From assembly GCA_947626535.1 (NCBI GenBank), contig CANQSO010000002.1:1-52464 (forward strand): a stretch of DNA of 52,464 nt. The letters run 5' to 3'. Both the position numbers and the translations under genes were made by a program. Source of the stretch: an uncultured Bacilli bacterium (GTDB taxonomy: Bacteria > Bacillota_I > Bacilli_A > RF39 > UBA660). Positions within the stretch are counted from its first letter, which is position 1; the number at the start of each line of letters is the position of its first letter. Positions 1 to 9,630 of the stretch are shown one piece after another. The notes under the pieces are model-generated. The model was not told the DNA's origin, searched no databases, and saw only the letters and a list, made by a program, of their open reading frames with translations.

Positions 1-194
1 TAATTTAACTTTTTTTGATAACGGATTATATCCGATTAAACTCCCTTGCAACCTTCCAAGTTAACTTTTCTTTGTTTCCACCAACCACAAAGTCTCTATT
101 AAAAGTATTTGCTTGTACTCCTCAAGTTCATCATTTACATTTCCTATTTTACAAAATATTATTTTATTATGCAAGCATTAATTTTTTCATTTCA

Positions 195-1016
195 TTATTG
201 TAATGTTTTTTGAAGTTTTAATACTTCTTGCTCAGTTAACCCCGTGGCGTCAGTTATATATTTAATATCAGCTTTCATTTTTAAAAGATTTTTTGCAACA
301 GTATTTAAACTTCGTTCTTCTCCACGTTCTTCACCAATAGCCTGATTTTTTCGAGCTTCCCATTCTTCTCTAGCAAAATCCTTCCTAGTTTCTTCATTAT
401 TTAAAAACTCCTTTAGACATTCCGTTATGCTCATTAAGACATCATCTCCTTTACTTATTTTTTTCATTTCTTTTATACTTTTGGCATTAAATAATCTAAA
501 ATATTTATTTAATTTATCATTTACACCTACATTATATTCTTCTTCCTTTATTTTGTCAAGATTTATAAAATAGATAATAAAATCATCATCTAATATACCA
601 AATATTTTTCTATCAATATCTAATAGTCCATATTTACTAAATCCTATATTACCAGCCATTTTTCCACAAATATTAACTTGAATGACTCTTTTGGGAAGAT
701 ACTTGCTGCCTCTTTTAATCTGAGTTCCATATATTCTAAAAGCATAGCTTTTACTTTTATTAACTTCATCTTTTCCTAAAACCGTATAAGCTTCTAAATT
801 GAGTATAATATCATTAAATTCAGCAACTAAATCACATCTTAATTTTTTATCGTTATATTCAGTTTCAAGCAAAACATCTTCACTTTTAAGAAGGATATCT
901 TCATGTTTATATTTTTTATTAAAAAAGGCATTAATAAAATCAAGAACATATTCTTCTTTACTAAAAACATGATTAAAACATTTATCATCAAATAACGGGT
1001 GAAATTTTTTGGCCAT
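195..1016 (-). CDS. Rpn-family recombination-promoting nuclease / putative transposase (PD-(D/E)XK, YhgA-like)
   Basis: ORF 195..1067. Likely start is ATG 1016 (MAKKFHPLFDD), just downstream of a GGAGG. The RCDLVAEFNDIILNLEAY block and the C-terminal GEERGEERS...ATGLTEQEVLKL tail are typical of this family. Confidence 0.75.
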   Translation of the reverse strand: MAKKFHPLFDDKCFNHVFSKEEYVLDFINAFFNKKYKHEDILLKSEDVLLETEYNDKKLRCDLVAEFNDIILNLEAYTVLGKDEVNKSKSYAFRIYGTQIKRGSKYLPKRVIQVNICGKMAGNIGFSKYGLLDIDRKIFGILDDDFIIYFINLDKIKEEEYNVGVNDKLNKYFRLFNAKSIKEMKKISKGDDVLMSITECLKEFLNNEETRKDFAREEWEARKNQAIGEERGEERSLNTVAKNLLKMKADIKYITDATGLTEQEVLKLQKTLQ

Positions 1017-1153
1017 ATAAGCCTCCTTTCTGAAATCCATTAAAACAAAGAAAAAAATAAAAAGCAAAATACCAATTTTGAATTTTTGAACAAAATTGGT
1101 ATACCAATATTCAAAATTGGTCTAGCAAATTTTCAAAATTTGTAAAAAAAATA

Positions 1154-1184
1154 ATACCAATTTTCAATTTTGGTATATTTTTTT
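1154..1184 (-). terminator. Hairpin flanked by A/T runs, a possible bidirectional terminator after the 763-aa gene
   Basis: ATACCAA-9 nt-TTGGTAT (1154-1176), preceded by an A-run and followed by a T-run. The stem is only 7 bp. Confidence 0.4.
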
Positions 1185-1215
1185 AATTGACGTAAATTTA
1201 CATATTTTTACAAGG

Positions 1216-3507
1216 CTAATTTTCTTCTTCATCTTGCGGTTTTTCAGTATTTGCTGGAGTAGATTCTTCATCTTCTTTGTCATCTTCTTTTGGTTTAACA
1301 TATGGTTTAGTTGTATCAATAACTTTTTTAGCATCATATTCATGATCATTTTTAGCGACTTCAACAATTATATTTTTATTATCAAAAGTAATATTAAAGG
1401 CTTTTACTCCATCACCATAATATTTATCAATATTTAGAAGAATATTCTCGGCTGTATTATTTACTGGTTCTTCAGCCCCATATGTCCAAATACTTAAATA
1501 AGCTTTTTTATCTTTTTCATTTCTACTAACTGCTGCATAATAATTATCATAAAGTTCGATATACTCATAACCATTACCATCACTATCTTTATCAAAAGCA
1601 GATACATAATATTTGTTATCTTTAATATATTTTAAATTATTATGATTATAATCAACTATTGGACCATTTTTAGCAGTAGTAAGAACTCTTCCACCAATAT
1701 CAGCTAAGAAATAACTACCATCAGTTTCAATAACATAATAATCACCTAAACGTTTTAAACTATTATATTTAAATTCTAATTGAACATCTACAGAATTAGC
1801 TGTTATTTTAGCTAAACCATAACTTCCAGAACGCTCAGACTGAGCAATATAATAGAATGGACCATTTTCAACATTACTTAATTTATCAGCTTTATTATAG
1901 ATTTTAGCATCAACTTTAGTATACCAAGCTTTAGTACTACCTTCTTTTAAATCATATAAAACTATTGATTCATTACCATCTCTAATAAAGATATAACGAT
2001 TATAGAAGACTGGCAATAATCCTAATTCATCATTATTATGTTTTTCTTTTTCATTAGCTGTATTTTCAGTTAGTAATGATTCACTTGCAATTGTACAATT
2101 ATTTAAAGAAGCATTATTTGATTCAACATTATTTTTATTATTACATACATATGATCCTAATAAATTTTCTTTTTTCTCATCACTATAGAAATATAATTTA
2201 CCATTTAAATAATTCATAAATGCTAAGTTTTTAGAAAATTCACCATCGGTTAAATTAAGGGTTAAGGTTTCTAAATCATCAGTATCATCTTCATAAATTG
2301 TTAAGATTAAATTTTTATCATATAATTCAGCATCAAATGATTTTTCTGTTTTAACTAATTTATTATTTTTATATGTAGCTATTGGATTAAAAGTATTATT
2401 TTTAATAGCTATACCATCTAAATTCATAGGATGTTTTTCATAATCAGTAACATAAAGTTGCATTTCTCTAGCAAATATAACATATTTATCAAGTAATAAA
2501 GCAAAATCTCCTTTACCTACTTCTTTACCATGATAATCTAATACTGTATATTGATTTTCAACATTTTTAATTTTTATATGTTCTTTATTAGCCCCAACAA
2601 TAGGATCAGACATTGCATTAGTAAGTATTTCATTACCTTTATTAACTAAATAGTAACTACCATCTTTTTTAGCAACTAACCTTTCTAAATCTTTATCATC
2701 TTCTAAAATTCCTAAATAATCATAATCATAATTTATAGTTGTTTTAGCTTCATCATCACTAAAAGTAACTAAACCATATTTATTATCCATATTTTTTAGA
2801 ATAACAGCATCATCAATAAAATCATAAGCTTTAACTAATAAAAATTCTTCTTTTACTTCATTATCTTTCATATCATATAATTTAATGATATCATCATTTT
2901 CACTTTTATTATCAAAAACAAAGACAAAACGTTCATTATAGATTTTGCTCCTAATGTTTATCTCTTCACCATCATCATTAATTTTCTTTAAGCCATCAAA
3001 TTCATCATCATTAGTTAAATAAGCAACAAAGCATTTATTTTCATCTTTATTTGTACATTCATAAGTACCAAGTTCATCTTCATCATCTAAGAAATGTAAG
3101 ACACCATTTTCATAACGATAATTATCTTCTTCTAAAATAACATCAGGTACATCTTGTTTTGGAGTTTCTTTCTTTCTAGTTAAGAAAAATACACCTACTC
3201 CAATTAAAATAAGAACAATAATAATTACAACAATAATGATTATTTTATTTTTCTTAGATAATTTAGACCATTTATTTTTTAATTTTTTAAAAATATTTTC
3301 TTTCTTATCTTTTTTCTTTTCTTCAGGTTCAAGGATCATTGTATCATCAGGAACATGAAGTTGTTCAATTTCTTCTTGAAATTGTAAATCAGCTTCAGCC
3401 ATATTTTCATCAACAATTTCTTCAATACTATTAATTGCTGATTCAGTTAATTCATCTAGATTTAATACTTCTTTAGTTGTGTGTAATGATTCATTTTCAT
3501 CTTTCAT
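1216..3507 (-). CDS. Single-pass membrane-anchored surface protein with WG/KWG-like repeats and an internal duplication
   Basis: 763-aa ORF with GGAGAG before ATG 3507. It has an acidic N-terminal region, then a TM segment (IIIIVVIIIVLILIGVGVFFL). Recurrent YGL[VA] / GSYYL-type beta-strand motifs follow, and the tail is acidic and Lys-rich. Confidence 0.7.
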   Translation of the reverse strand: MKDENESLHTTKEVLNLDELTESAINSIEEIVDENMAEADLQFQEEIEQLHVPDDTMILEPEEKKKDKKENIFKKLKNKWSKLSKKNKIIIIVVIIIVLILIGVGVFFLTRKKETPKQDVPDVILEEDNYRYENGVLHFLDDEDELGTYECTNKDENKCFVAYLTNDDEFDGLKKINDDGEEINIRSKIYNERFVFVFDNKSENDDIIKLYDMKDNEVKEEFLLVKAYDFIDDAVILKNMDNKYGLVTFSDDEAKTTINYDYDYLGILEDDKDLERLVAKKDGSYYLVNKGNEILTNAMSDPIVGANKEHIKIKNVENQYTVLDYHGKEVGKGDFALLLDKYVIFAREMQLYVTDYEKHPMNLDGIAIKNNTFNPIATYKNNKLVKTEKSFDAELYDKNLILTIYEDDTDDLETLTLNLTDGEFSKNLAFMNYLNGKLYFYSDEKKENLLGSYVCNNKNNVESNNASLNNCTIASESLLTENTANEKEKHNNDELGLLPVFYNRYIFIRDGNESIVLYDLKEGSTKAWYTKVDAKIYNKADKLSNVENGPFYYIAQSERSGSYGLAKITANSVDVQLEFKYNSLKRLGDYYVIETDGSYFLADIGGRVLTTAKNGPIVDYNHNNLKYIKDNKYYVSAFDKDSDGNGYEYIELYDNYYAAVSRNEKDKKAYLSIWTYGAEEPVNNTAENILLNIDKYYGDGVKAFNITFDNKNIIVEVAKNDHEYDAKKVIDTTKPYVKPKEDDKEDEESTPANTEKPQDEEEN

Positions 3508-3570
3508 TTTTGCACTCTCCTACTATAAAAAATATTATACTAAACTTTAATTTAATTCGCAACAGAAATT

Positions 3571-5448
3571 TTAGAACCCACGGCCGCCTCCACCGCCGCC
3601 GCCAAAGCCACCGCCTGAGGAAAATCCGCCACCAAAACCACCACCACTAGCACCAGTAGCATTTCTTGCCGCGGCAACATTAGCTGTATTAATCGAAGAA
3701 TTAATGGCATGATTAATATGATGAGCAATATGAATATCATTATAAGAATAATACATTCCATAATTAGCATAGATATCAGGATATTCACTTATTTTAGTAT
3801 TCATAGCCTTTTCAACTTCATCAGCTAAACCAAAAACAGTTGCATAAACTAAATATCTTTCCCACAAAACAATTTGTGGTAACTCTTTGGTATCAAATGT
3901 TCCAAAATCTTTCAAAAAGTTTTTAAAAGCATTCCATCTAACATAATCTTCATTACCTTTTTTAGTTCTTTTCTTAATCATCAAAGAATATATTAAATAA
4001 ATCATACTAATTGGAAAAATAGCATAACCTAAAATAAAATCAACATGATAATAATAAACAATAAAACTAATTAAAAGGGCGACTAACAAAATTAAGATCC
4101 CACTTACAATTGGAATACCATTTTTTTCATAAAAGTTTTGTCTTTCTCCGTCTTTTCTAGCACAATTTAACCAATTAGAATATTTTGATTGAAAAGTACT
4201 ATAGGAATTTTTAGCATAATTATCTAATTCTTTAGAAGTAAATTGATTGTCTTTACCAACTGTTTCAAATAGAAAGTCTAATAAAACATTTTCCGTTTCA
4301 TTAACATTCTCGCGATTTAATAAAGTAAATTGATAATCTTTACTTTTAGCGTTTGTTGGTATTTCATCAACTTTAATATTTTTCTTATATATTAAATTCA
4401 TAATTGATGCCGACATCGCATTAGAAGTAATACTTCCCTTCATTAAGTAATCAACTACTTCAACATTATAATCATCAATAAATTCGCGATTATATTTATT
4501 AGTAAAATCACTTTTATATTCTTTATCATAACGAATATAGATATATATCCACCAAGCTACTAAAAATAGGATAAAGATAATACTTACCACCACTACAATA
4601 TTATAAATCATTTTAGCAAATTTAATTTGTTCTAAAGCCGCTTCAGCTCTTTTAGTTTCAACTTCTAAAATTTTATCTAAGGCTACTTCATTACTTTTAT
4701 TTAAATCACTAGAATTAGTAATTAAATTTTTATCAAAAGTCATTCTAATATCAACAGGACTATTTTTGTCTAAAGATTTCATAGTTGCTAAAATACTTTC
4801 ATTATCAATTTTATTAATATTTCCAGTTATATCACCATGAGCCCAAAAACGAAATAAATTGGAATTATCTTCATTTGGTAAATGAACTTTTATTTGTAAA
4901 TTATTAATTTTATCTTCAAAACCATCACCAATAAAAGTCCAATAAAGTTCAGCAACATCTTCATGCATTACCACCGCACTAGAAATAGTATAAGAAATTA
5001 AGTATGCCACACTTTCATTTTTACCTTCATAATACATTTTAAAACTTTTACCATCACTTATACTACTTTCAACATAATCCCCATCTTTAGCATCACTATC
5101 ATAATAAACTTTAGTTAAGGGTTTAAAAACTTCATTAAAAGTATTAAAAGATACTTCATCTTCTTGTTTTTTAGCAAATATTTTAACATTCGTAAGACCT
5201 TTAGCATTATAAATAGCATTATCACTATAACTATTAGAATTACTACTTAATTTACTATTTTTATACATTATATCTCTAATATAACCATGAAATTCTCCAT
5301 CTAAAACAATTAATTCTTTAATATTTAAATCGCCATTTTCTAAAACATTGGCATCAATTAAATAATCAGTTATATCATAATCTACATATGCTTTAGAATT
5401 AGTCATAAATAAAAATAATAAAATAAAAACATAAATAACTTTCTTCAT
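3571..5448 (-). CDS. DUF2207 domain membrane protein with Gly-rich C-terminal tail
   Basis: Start ATG 5448 (MKKVIYVFILLFLF signal peptide) follows AGGAGAA. The N-terminal DITDYLIDANVLENGDLNIKELIVLDGEFHGYIRDI block and the GGGFGGGFSSGGGFGGGGGGGRGF terminus fit the family. It sits directly downstream of LemA, the usual pairing. Confidence 0.8.
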   Translation of the reverse strand: MKKVIYVFILLFLFMTNSKAYVDYDITDYLIDANVLENGDLNIKELIVLDGEFHGYIRDIMYKNSKLSSNSNSYSDNAIYNAKGLTNVKIFAKKQEDEVSFNTFNEVFKPLTKVYYDSDAKDGDYVESSISDGKSFKMYYEGKNESVAYLISYTISSAVVMHEDVAELYWTFIGDGFEDKINNLQIKVHLPNEDNSNLFRFWAHGDITGNINKIDNESILATMKSLDKNSPVDIRMTFDKNLITNSSDLNKSNEVALDKILEVETKRAEAALEQIKFAKMIYNIVVVVSIIFILFLVAWWIYIYIRYDKEYKSDFTNKYNREFIDDYNVEVVDYLMKGSITSNAMSASIMNLIYKKNIKVDEIPTNAKSKDYQFTLLNRENVNETENVLLDFLFETVGKDNQFTSKELDNYAKNSYSTFQSKYSNWLNCARKDGERQNFYEKNGIPIVSGILILLVALLISFIVYYYHVDFILGYAIFPISMIYLIYSLMIKKRTKKGNEDYVRWNAFKNFLKDFGTFDTKELPQIVLWERYLVYATVFGLADEVEKAMNTKISEYPDIYANYGMYYSYNDIHIAHHINHAINSSINTANVAAARNATGASGGGFGGGFSSGGGFGGGGGGGRGF

Positions 5449-5485
5449 ATATTCTCCTAAAAAATTAAGCTTACCTATCGTAAGC

Positions 5486-6040
5486 TTAAAATTCAACTTT
5501 AACATTTTCTCTTTCAGCTTCGTTAGCTTCAAAAAATGCTTCTTTTGTAAACTTAAACAGACTAGCTACAATATTACTTGGAACCATTTGAACTTTATTA
5601 TTATAAGTTAAAACAGTATCATTATAAAATTGACGAGCCATAGCAATTTTATTTTCTGTATCTTGTAACTCACTTTGTAATTGTAAGAAATTAGTATTAG
5701 CTTTTAAATCTGGATAACTTTCCGCTAAAGCAAATAATTTAGACATTGCATTAGTTAAGACATTATTAGCATCCATTTTTTCAGTTGGTGTAACGGCTGA
5801 TGTATAAGTATTACGAGCTTTAATAACCGCTTCTAAAGTTTCACTTTCATGTTTAGCATAACCTTTAACAGTATTAACTAAATTGGGAATTAAATCAAAT
5901 CTTCTTTTTAATTGAACATCAATTTGACTCCATTGATCTTTAACCCGATTTCTTAATGTAATTAATGAATTATAAGTACTAACAACAAATAAAACTAATA
6001 ATACTAATACTACAATAACAATAATTAACCATATTGGCAT
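5486..6040 (-). CDS. lemA: LemA family protein
   Basis: N-terminal TM, then [43 protein letters not shown], the LemA signature. GGAGG RBS before ATG 6040. Confidence 0.9.
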   Translation of the reverse strand: MPIWLIIVIVVLVLLVLFVVSTYNSLITLRNRVKDQWSQIDVQLKRRFDLIPNLVNTVKGYAKHESETLEAVIKARNTYTSAVTPTEKMDANNVLTNAMSKLFALAESYPDLKANTNFLQLQSELQDTENKIAMARQFYNDTVLTYNNKVQMVPSNIVASLFKFTKEAFFEANEAERENVKVEF

Positions 6041-6092
6041 ACTTTATTCCTCCTTATAAATTTATCTTAGCATAAAACAAATCATTTTTCAA

Positions 6093-7085
6093 TTACAACC
6101 ATACCCCATAAGTAATAGCTGCCATTGCAAGTAATAACCCCACAACATAGAAAGCTTTAACAATATCAGTTTCCTTCCAACCTAATTGTTCAAAATGATG
6201 ATGTAGAGGTGCCATTTTAAATACTTTACGATGGAATTTACGAATAGCAATAATTTGAATCATACTAGATAATGTTTCAACTACAAAAACCCCACCAATT
6301 AAAACAAGGGATAATTCATGTCTAGTCACAATCGCAATCGTAGCCATTGCCCCACCTAGAGCAAGACTTCCTAAATCACCCATAAAGACTTTAGCTGGAT
6401 AAGAATTAAATAGTAAAAAGCCTAATAAAGCCCCAACTAAGATGAAGCAAAAAATAGCAACTTCTTGATAGCCTTCCATCCAACCAGTATTCCAGGTAAT
6501 AATTCCGAAAGCCAAAAAGGCAATAATACAAAGACCACCACATAAACCATCAAGACCATCGGTTATATTAACCGCATTACTACTTCCCACTAAAACTAGT
6601 AAGATAAATAAACCAAACGTCCAACCTAAAGGCAAGCTAATACCTAAAGATGTAATAACTAATTCTGGTTTACCACCATTAACCATAAAAATATAAAAGA
6701 AGACTAAAGCAATAACCATTTGTAGTAAAAATTTTGAAGATATGCGAAGTCCCACATTATTGTTATAACGAACCTTTAACCAATCATCAATAAATCCTAA
6801 CAAAGCATAACTTAAAAAGACAAAGACCACAATAATTAAATTATGACTTAAAGTTATACTACCTCTTAAATATAACAAGACTAAAGTAATTAATACCGGA
6901 ACAATAAAAATTATCCCGCCCATTGTTGGAATTCCTTCTTTAGCTAAATGTCTTTTACCTAAAGTTTTACTTACATGTTGCCGAAAATTAATTTTTTTCA
7001 AAAAAGGAATAAAAATTAACCCACAAATAATCGCAAAAATAAAACCTAACATCATTGCTAAAGCGGATTTTGCAAGTATTAACAT
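6093..7085 (-). CDS. mraY: Phospho-N-acetylmuramoyl-pentapeptide transferase
   Basis: Polytopic protein with DDWLKV, NAVNITDGLDGL and PAKVFMGDLGSLALGG motifs. The ORF opens at GTG 7097, but ATG 7085 lies 9 nt after GAGGTG. Confidence 0.95.
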   Translation of the reverse strand: MLILAKSALAMMLGFIFAIICGLIFIPFLKKINFRQHVSKTLGKRHLAKEGIPTMGGIIFIVPVLITLVLLYLRGSITLSHNLIIVVFVFLSYALLGFIDDWLKVRYNNNVGLRISSKFLLQMVIALVFFYIFMVNGGKPELVITSLGISLPLGWTFGLFILLVLVGSSNAVNITDGLDGLCGGLCIIAFLAFGIITWNTGWMEGYQEVAIFCFILVGALLGFLLFNSYPAKVFMGDLGSLALGGAMATIAIVTRHELSLVLIGGVFVVETLSSMIQIIAIRKFHRKVFKMAPLHHHFEQLGWKETDIVKAFYVVGLLLAMAAITYGVWL

Positions 7086-7167
7086 AATACATCTCACCTC
7101 ATATCTAAATTATACACTACTTTTACAAAAATTTAAAAGAAAACATCAAATTGACAGTTAATAGACA

Positions 7168-9072
7168 TTATCCCAGTAATAATTTGACAGTACCATTTTC
7201 TTTAATGTAACTATCCGCACTTGGTGATTGATATAATATTTTATCACCTTCACCGCTATATTCAATTTGAAAACCTTTTAATGTTTTTTTAGCATCACTA
7301 ACACTCATACCCACTACATTTGGTAAGACGACATATTTTTGATCTAACCACCGATATTCTTTAGTCATCCCGTCTTTGCTTTCTTTAAAGCCAAAGATAT
7401 TAATGGCGGTTTCTAAAACATTTTTAGCAATTGGAGCAGAGACCGTCCCACCATATTGAGTAATACCAAGAGGATGGTCAATCGCAACATAAACAACAAT
7501 TTCCGGGTCATCTGCTGGCATAAAACCCATAAATGAAACAATATAATTGCCACTCATATAATGACCATCTTCCACTTTTTGGGCAGTTCCTGTTTTACCT
7601 CCTACTCGGTAATTTTCAATATAAGCATTTCTTCCCGAACCATTAGCTACCACACTTTCTAGGGCATATCTAACCATTTTAGAAGATTCATCACTAATAA
7701 CTTTTCTTCTAAATATTGGTTCATTGGCTTTAATAATCGAATTTGTTTCCGGTTCTAACATTTCTTTAACTAAATATGGTTGATATAAATTTCCACCATT
7801 AATCGCTGCTGATACAGCCGTTACTTGTTGGATAGGTGTCACCGAAATACCTTGTCCAAAACTAGTTGTTGCAAGTTCTACCGGTCCCATATTACTGGGT
7901 TTAAATAAAATTCCATTACTCTCGCCATTCAAATCAATTCCCGTTTTCGTCCCAAAGCCAAAATTAGTAATATAACTCATTAATTTATCAACTCCAAGTT
8001 TTTGCCCAAGCGAGACAAAACCGGGGTTACAACTATTTTCTACGACATTTAAATAAGTTTGATCCCCATGACCTCCTGCTTTCCAACAATGAATAGTTGC
8101 CCCATCAACATGAATTGAACCACCATCATAAAAATGGTCTTCAAATAAATTAACCGTTTTTTCTTCAACCGTACTAGAAAGAGTCATAATTTTAAATGTC
8201 GAACCTGGTTCGTAAGTCATCCAAATAGGTAAATTCCGATTAATAGTTTCTGTATCATACTCTTGATAATTATTAGGATCAAAATTAGGACGTGATGCCA
8301 TTGCTAAAACTTCACCGGTTTTCGGATTCATAGCCATAATCATGGCATGTTCAGGTGTATATTTACTCATTACATTATCAAGTTCTCTTTCAATAGCTAG
8401 TTGCAAATCTAAATCAATTGTTAACTTAATATTAATGCCATTTTGGGGTTTTTCATAAACTTCTGATAACTCTAGACGATTGCCTTTTCCATCGGAAAAA
8501 TATTTTATTGCTCCATCTTCACCTGTTAAATAATTATTATAAGTTAACTCTAAACCACTTAACCCTTGATTATCAATTCCCACATAACCTAGAACATGAC
8601 TAAGTAGTGAACCATAAGGATAATATCTTTTACTTTCTTTTACTAAATAAACCCCATCATAATTTAAATCATTTATTTTAGAAGCTATATCATAAGATAA
8701 TTGTCTTCCTTCCGGATGGACTCTTTCAATACTTGTTTTTTTAGTTACATGTTTTAACATATCATCATAATCAGAATTTAAAATTTCACTTAAACTTTTA
8801 GCAACAGCTTCAGCATCTTTAATTTGATTAGGAATAATTACTAAACTAGTTGTCGTTAAATTAGTTGCTAAAATTTTTCCATTACGATCAAGTATTAAAC
8901 CTCTATCAGCTCCAATTGGTAACTTTCTACTCCATAAAGACTGGGCTAAATCACTTAATTTTTCATAAGAGAATACTTGAATATAAAAAACTTTTAAAAT
9001 AATTATTACTAATAAACAAATAATAAATAAAAAGAAAACTCTAATTCTAATATGAATTTCTTTAAAAAACAT
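7168..9072 (-). CDS. Class B penicillin-binding protein (SpoVD/PBP2B-type transpeptidase with C-terminal PASTA domain)
   Basis: N-terminal TM. SxxK (STFK), SxN (SCN) and KTGT motifs are present. A PASTA-like C-terminus follows (VLPNVVGMSVSDAKKTLKG...). ATG 9072 lies 5 nt after AGGTGA. Confidence 0.92.
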   Translation of the reverse strand: MFFKEIHIRIRVFFLFIICLLVIIILKVFYIQVFSYEKLSDLAQSLWSRKLPIGADRGLILDRNGKILATNLTTTSLVIIPNQIKDAEAVAKSLSEILNSDYDDMLKHVTKKTSIERVHPEGRQLSYDIASKINDLNYDGVYLVKESKRYYPYGSLLSHVLGYVGIDNQGLSGLELTYNNYLTGEDGAIKYFSDGKGNRLELSEVYEKPQNGINIKLTIDLDLQLAIERELDNVMSKYTPEHAMIMAMNPKTGEVLAMASRPNFDPNNYQEYDTETINRNLPIWMTYEPGSTFKIMTLSSTVEEKTVNLFEDHFYDGGSIHVDGATIHCWKAGGHGDQTYLNVVENSCNPGFVSLGQKLGVDKLMSYITNFGFGTKTGIDLNGESNGILFKPSNMGPVELATTSFGQGISVTPIQQVTAVSAAINGGNLYQPYLVKEMLEPETNSIIKANEPIFRRKVISDESSKMVRYALESVVANGSGRNAYIENYRVGGKTGTAQKVEDGHYMSGNYIVSFMGFMPADDPEIVVYVAIDHPLGITQYGGTVSAPIAKNVLETAINIFGFKESKDGMTKEYRWLDQKYVVLPNVVGMSVSDAKKTLKGFQIEYSGEGDKILYQSPSADSYIKENGTVKLLLG

Positions 9073-9505
9073 AAAAGTCACCTATCTAATTTTATGATTA
9101 ATTCTAAAATAATATAAGTGATTATTTAATTTTAATTAAATAATCATTTTATTAATAAAGTATTATCTTGTAACATATCTAAAGTAACTTCTAACTCAAT
9201 TGAAGTTTTGTAATATAAATCTTCTTGATTACGATTTTCTCACCAGCCTTCTTCTAAACGATTTTTATAACAATCAGTTGCTAACATTTTATTTGCATCA
9301 AAATGAATACCAATTTTCTTCATAAAATTAATATTTAAGAATAATCCAAAATGGGATATCACCATAACTTCTACAATTTTTTTAACTAATTTTTTACTTC
9401 TCTATTATTATGGAGAACTTGTTTTTTAGTAAACATCTTAGAATATCTTTTTTACCTTTTGGATTACCAATGTTATTTTTATAATAAAATTTAATGTCAA
9501 TTAAC

Positions 9506-9589
9506 TTAAAAAATAATTTCAAATACTTAAAAAATAATTTCAAATACTTAAAAAATAATTTCAAATACTTAAAAAATAATTTCAAATAC
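9506..9589. repeat. Perfect tandem direct repeat, 4 x 21 bp (TTAAAAAATAATTTCAAATAC)
   Basis: Read directly: copies at 9506-9526, 9527-9547, 9548-9568 and 9569-9589, with no mismatches and no spacers. The array ends 41 bp upstream of the ATG at 9631. Confidence 0.97.
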
Positions 9590-9630
9590 ATTTAATATAT
9601 GCTATTATTTAAATAGAAAGTAGGAAGTAT

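Noticed and set aside
15-203. 62-aa TTG-initiated plus-strand ORF at the window start
   Set aside because: It has no RBS, a TTG start and an unremarkable hydrophobic product. The region is more plausibly the 3-prime flank of the Rpn gene. A truncated neighbouring feature cannot be assessed at the window edge.
1164-1437. Two 67-aa ORFs (1164..1367 minus, 1234..1437 plus) at the 3-prime end of the 763-aa gene
   Set aside because: Both lie inside or antisense to the acidic/Lys-rich tail coding region. Their low-complexity products are typical of off-frame translation of AT-rich DNA.
3552-3788. 78-aa ORF overlapping the 3-prime end of the DUF2207 gene
   Set aside because: It is an alternative frame through the GC-rich Gly-codon tract of the DUF2207 tail. 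It has no RBS and a low-complexity product.
9506-9589. Possible CRISPR array
   Set aside because: The repeats are contiguous with no spacers, only 21 bp long and non-palindromic, and no cas genes are nearby.
9394-9591. 65-aa minus-strand ORF whose product begins with four YLKLFFK heptads
   Set aside because: The heptads are just the translation of the 4 x 21 bp DNA repeat. There is no Shine-Dalgarno upstream of the ATG, and the ORF points away from any operon context. I treat it as a repeat artefact.
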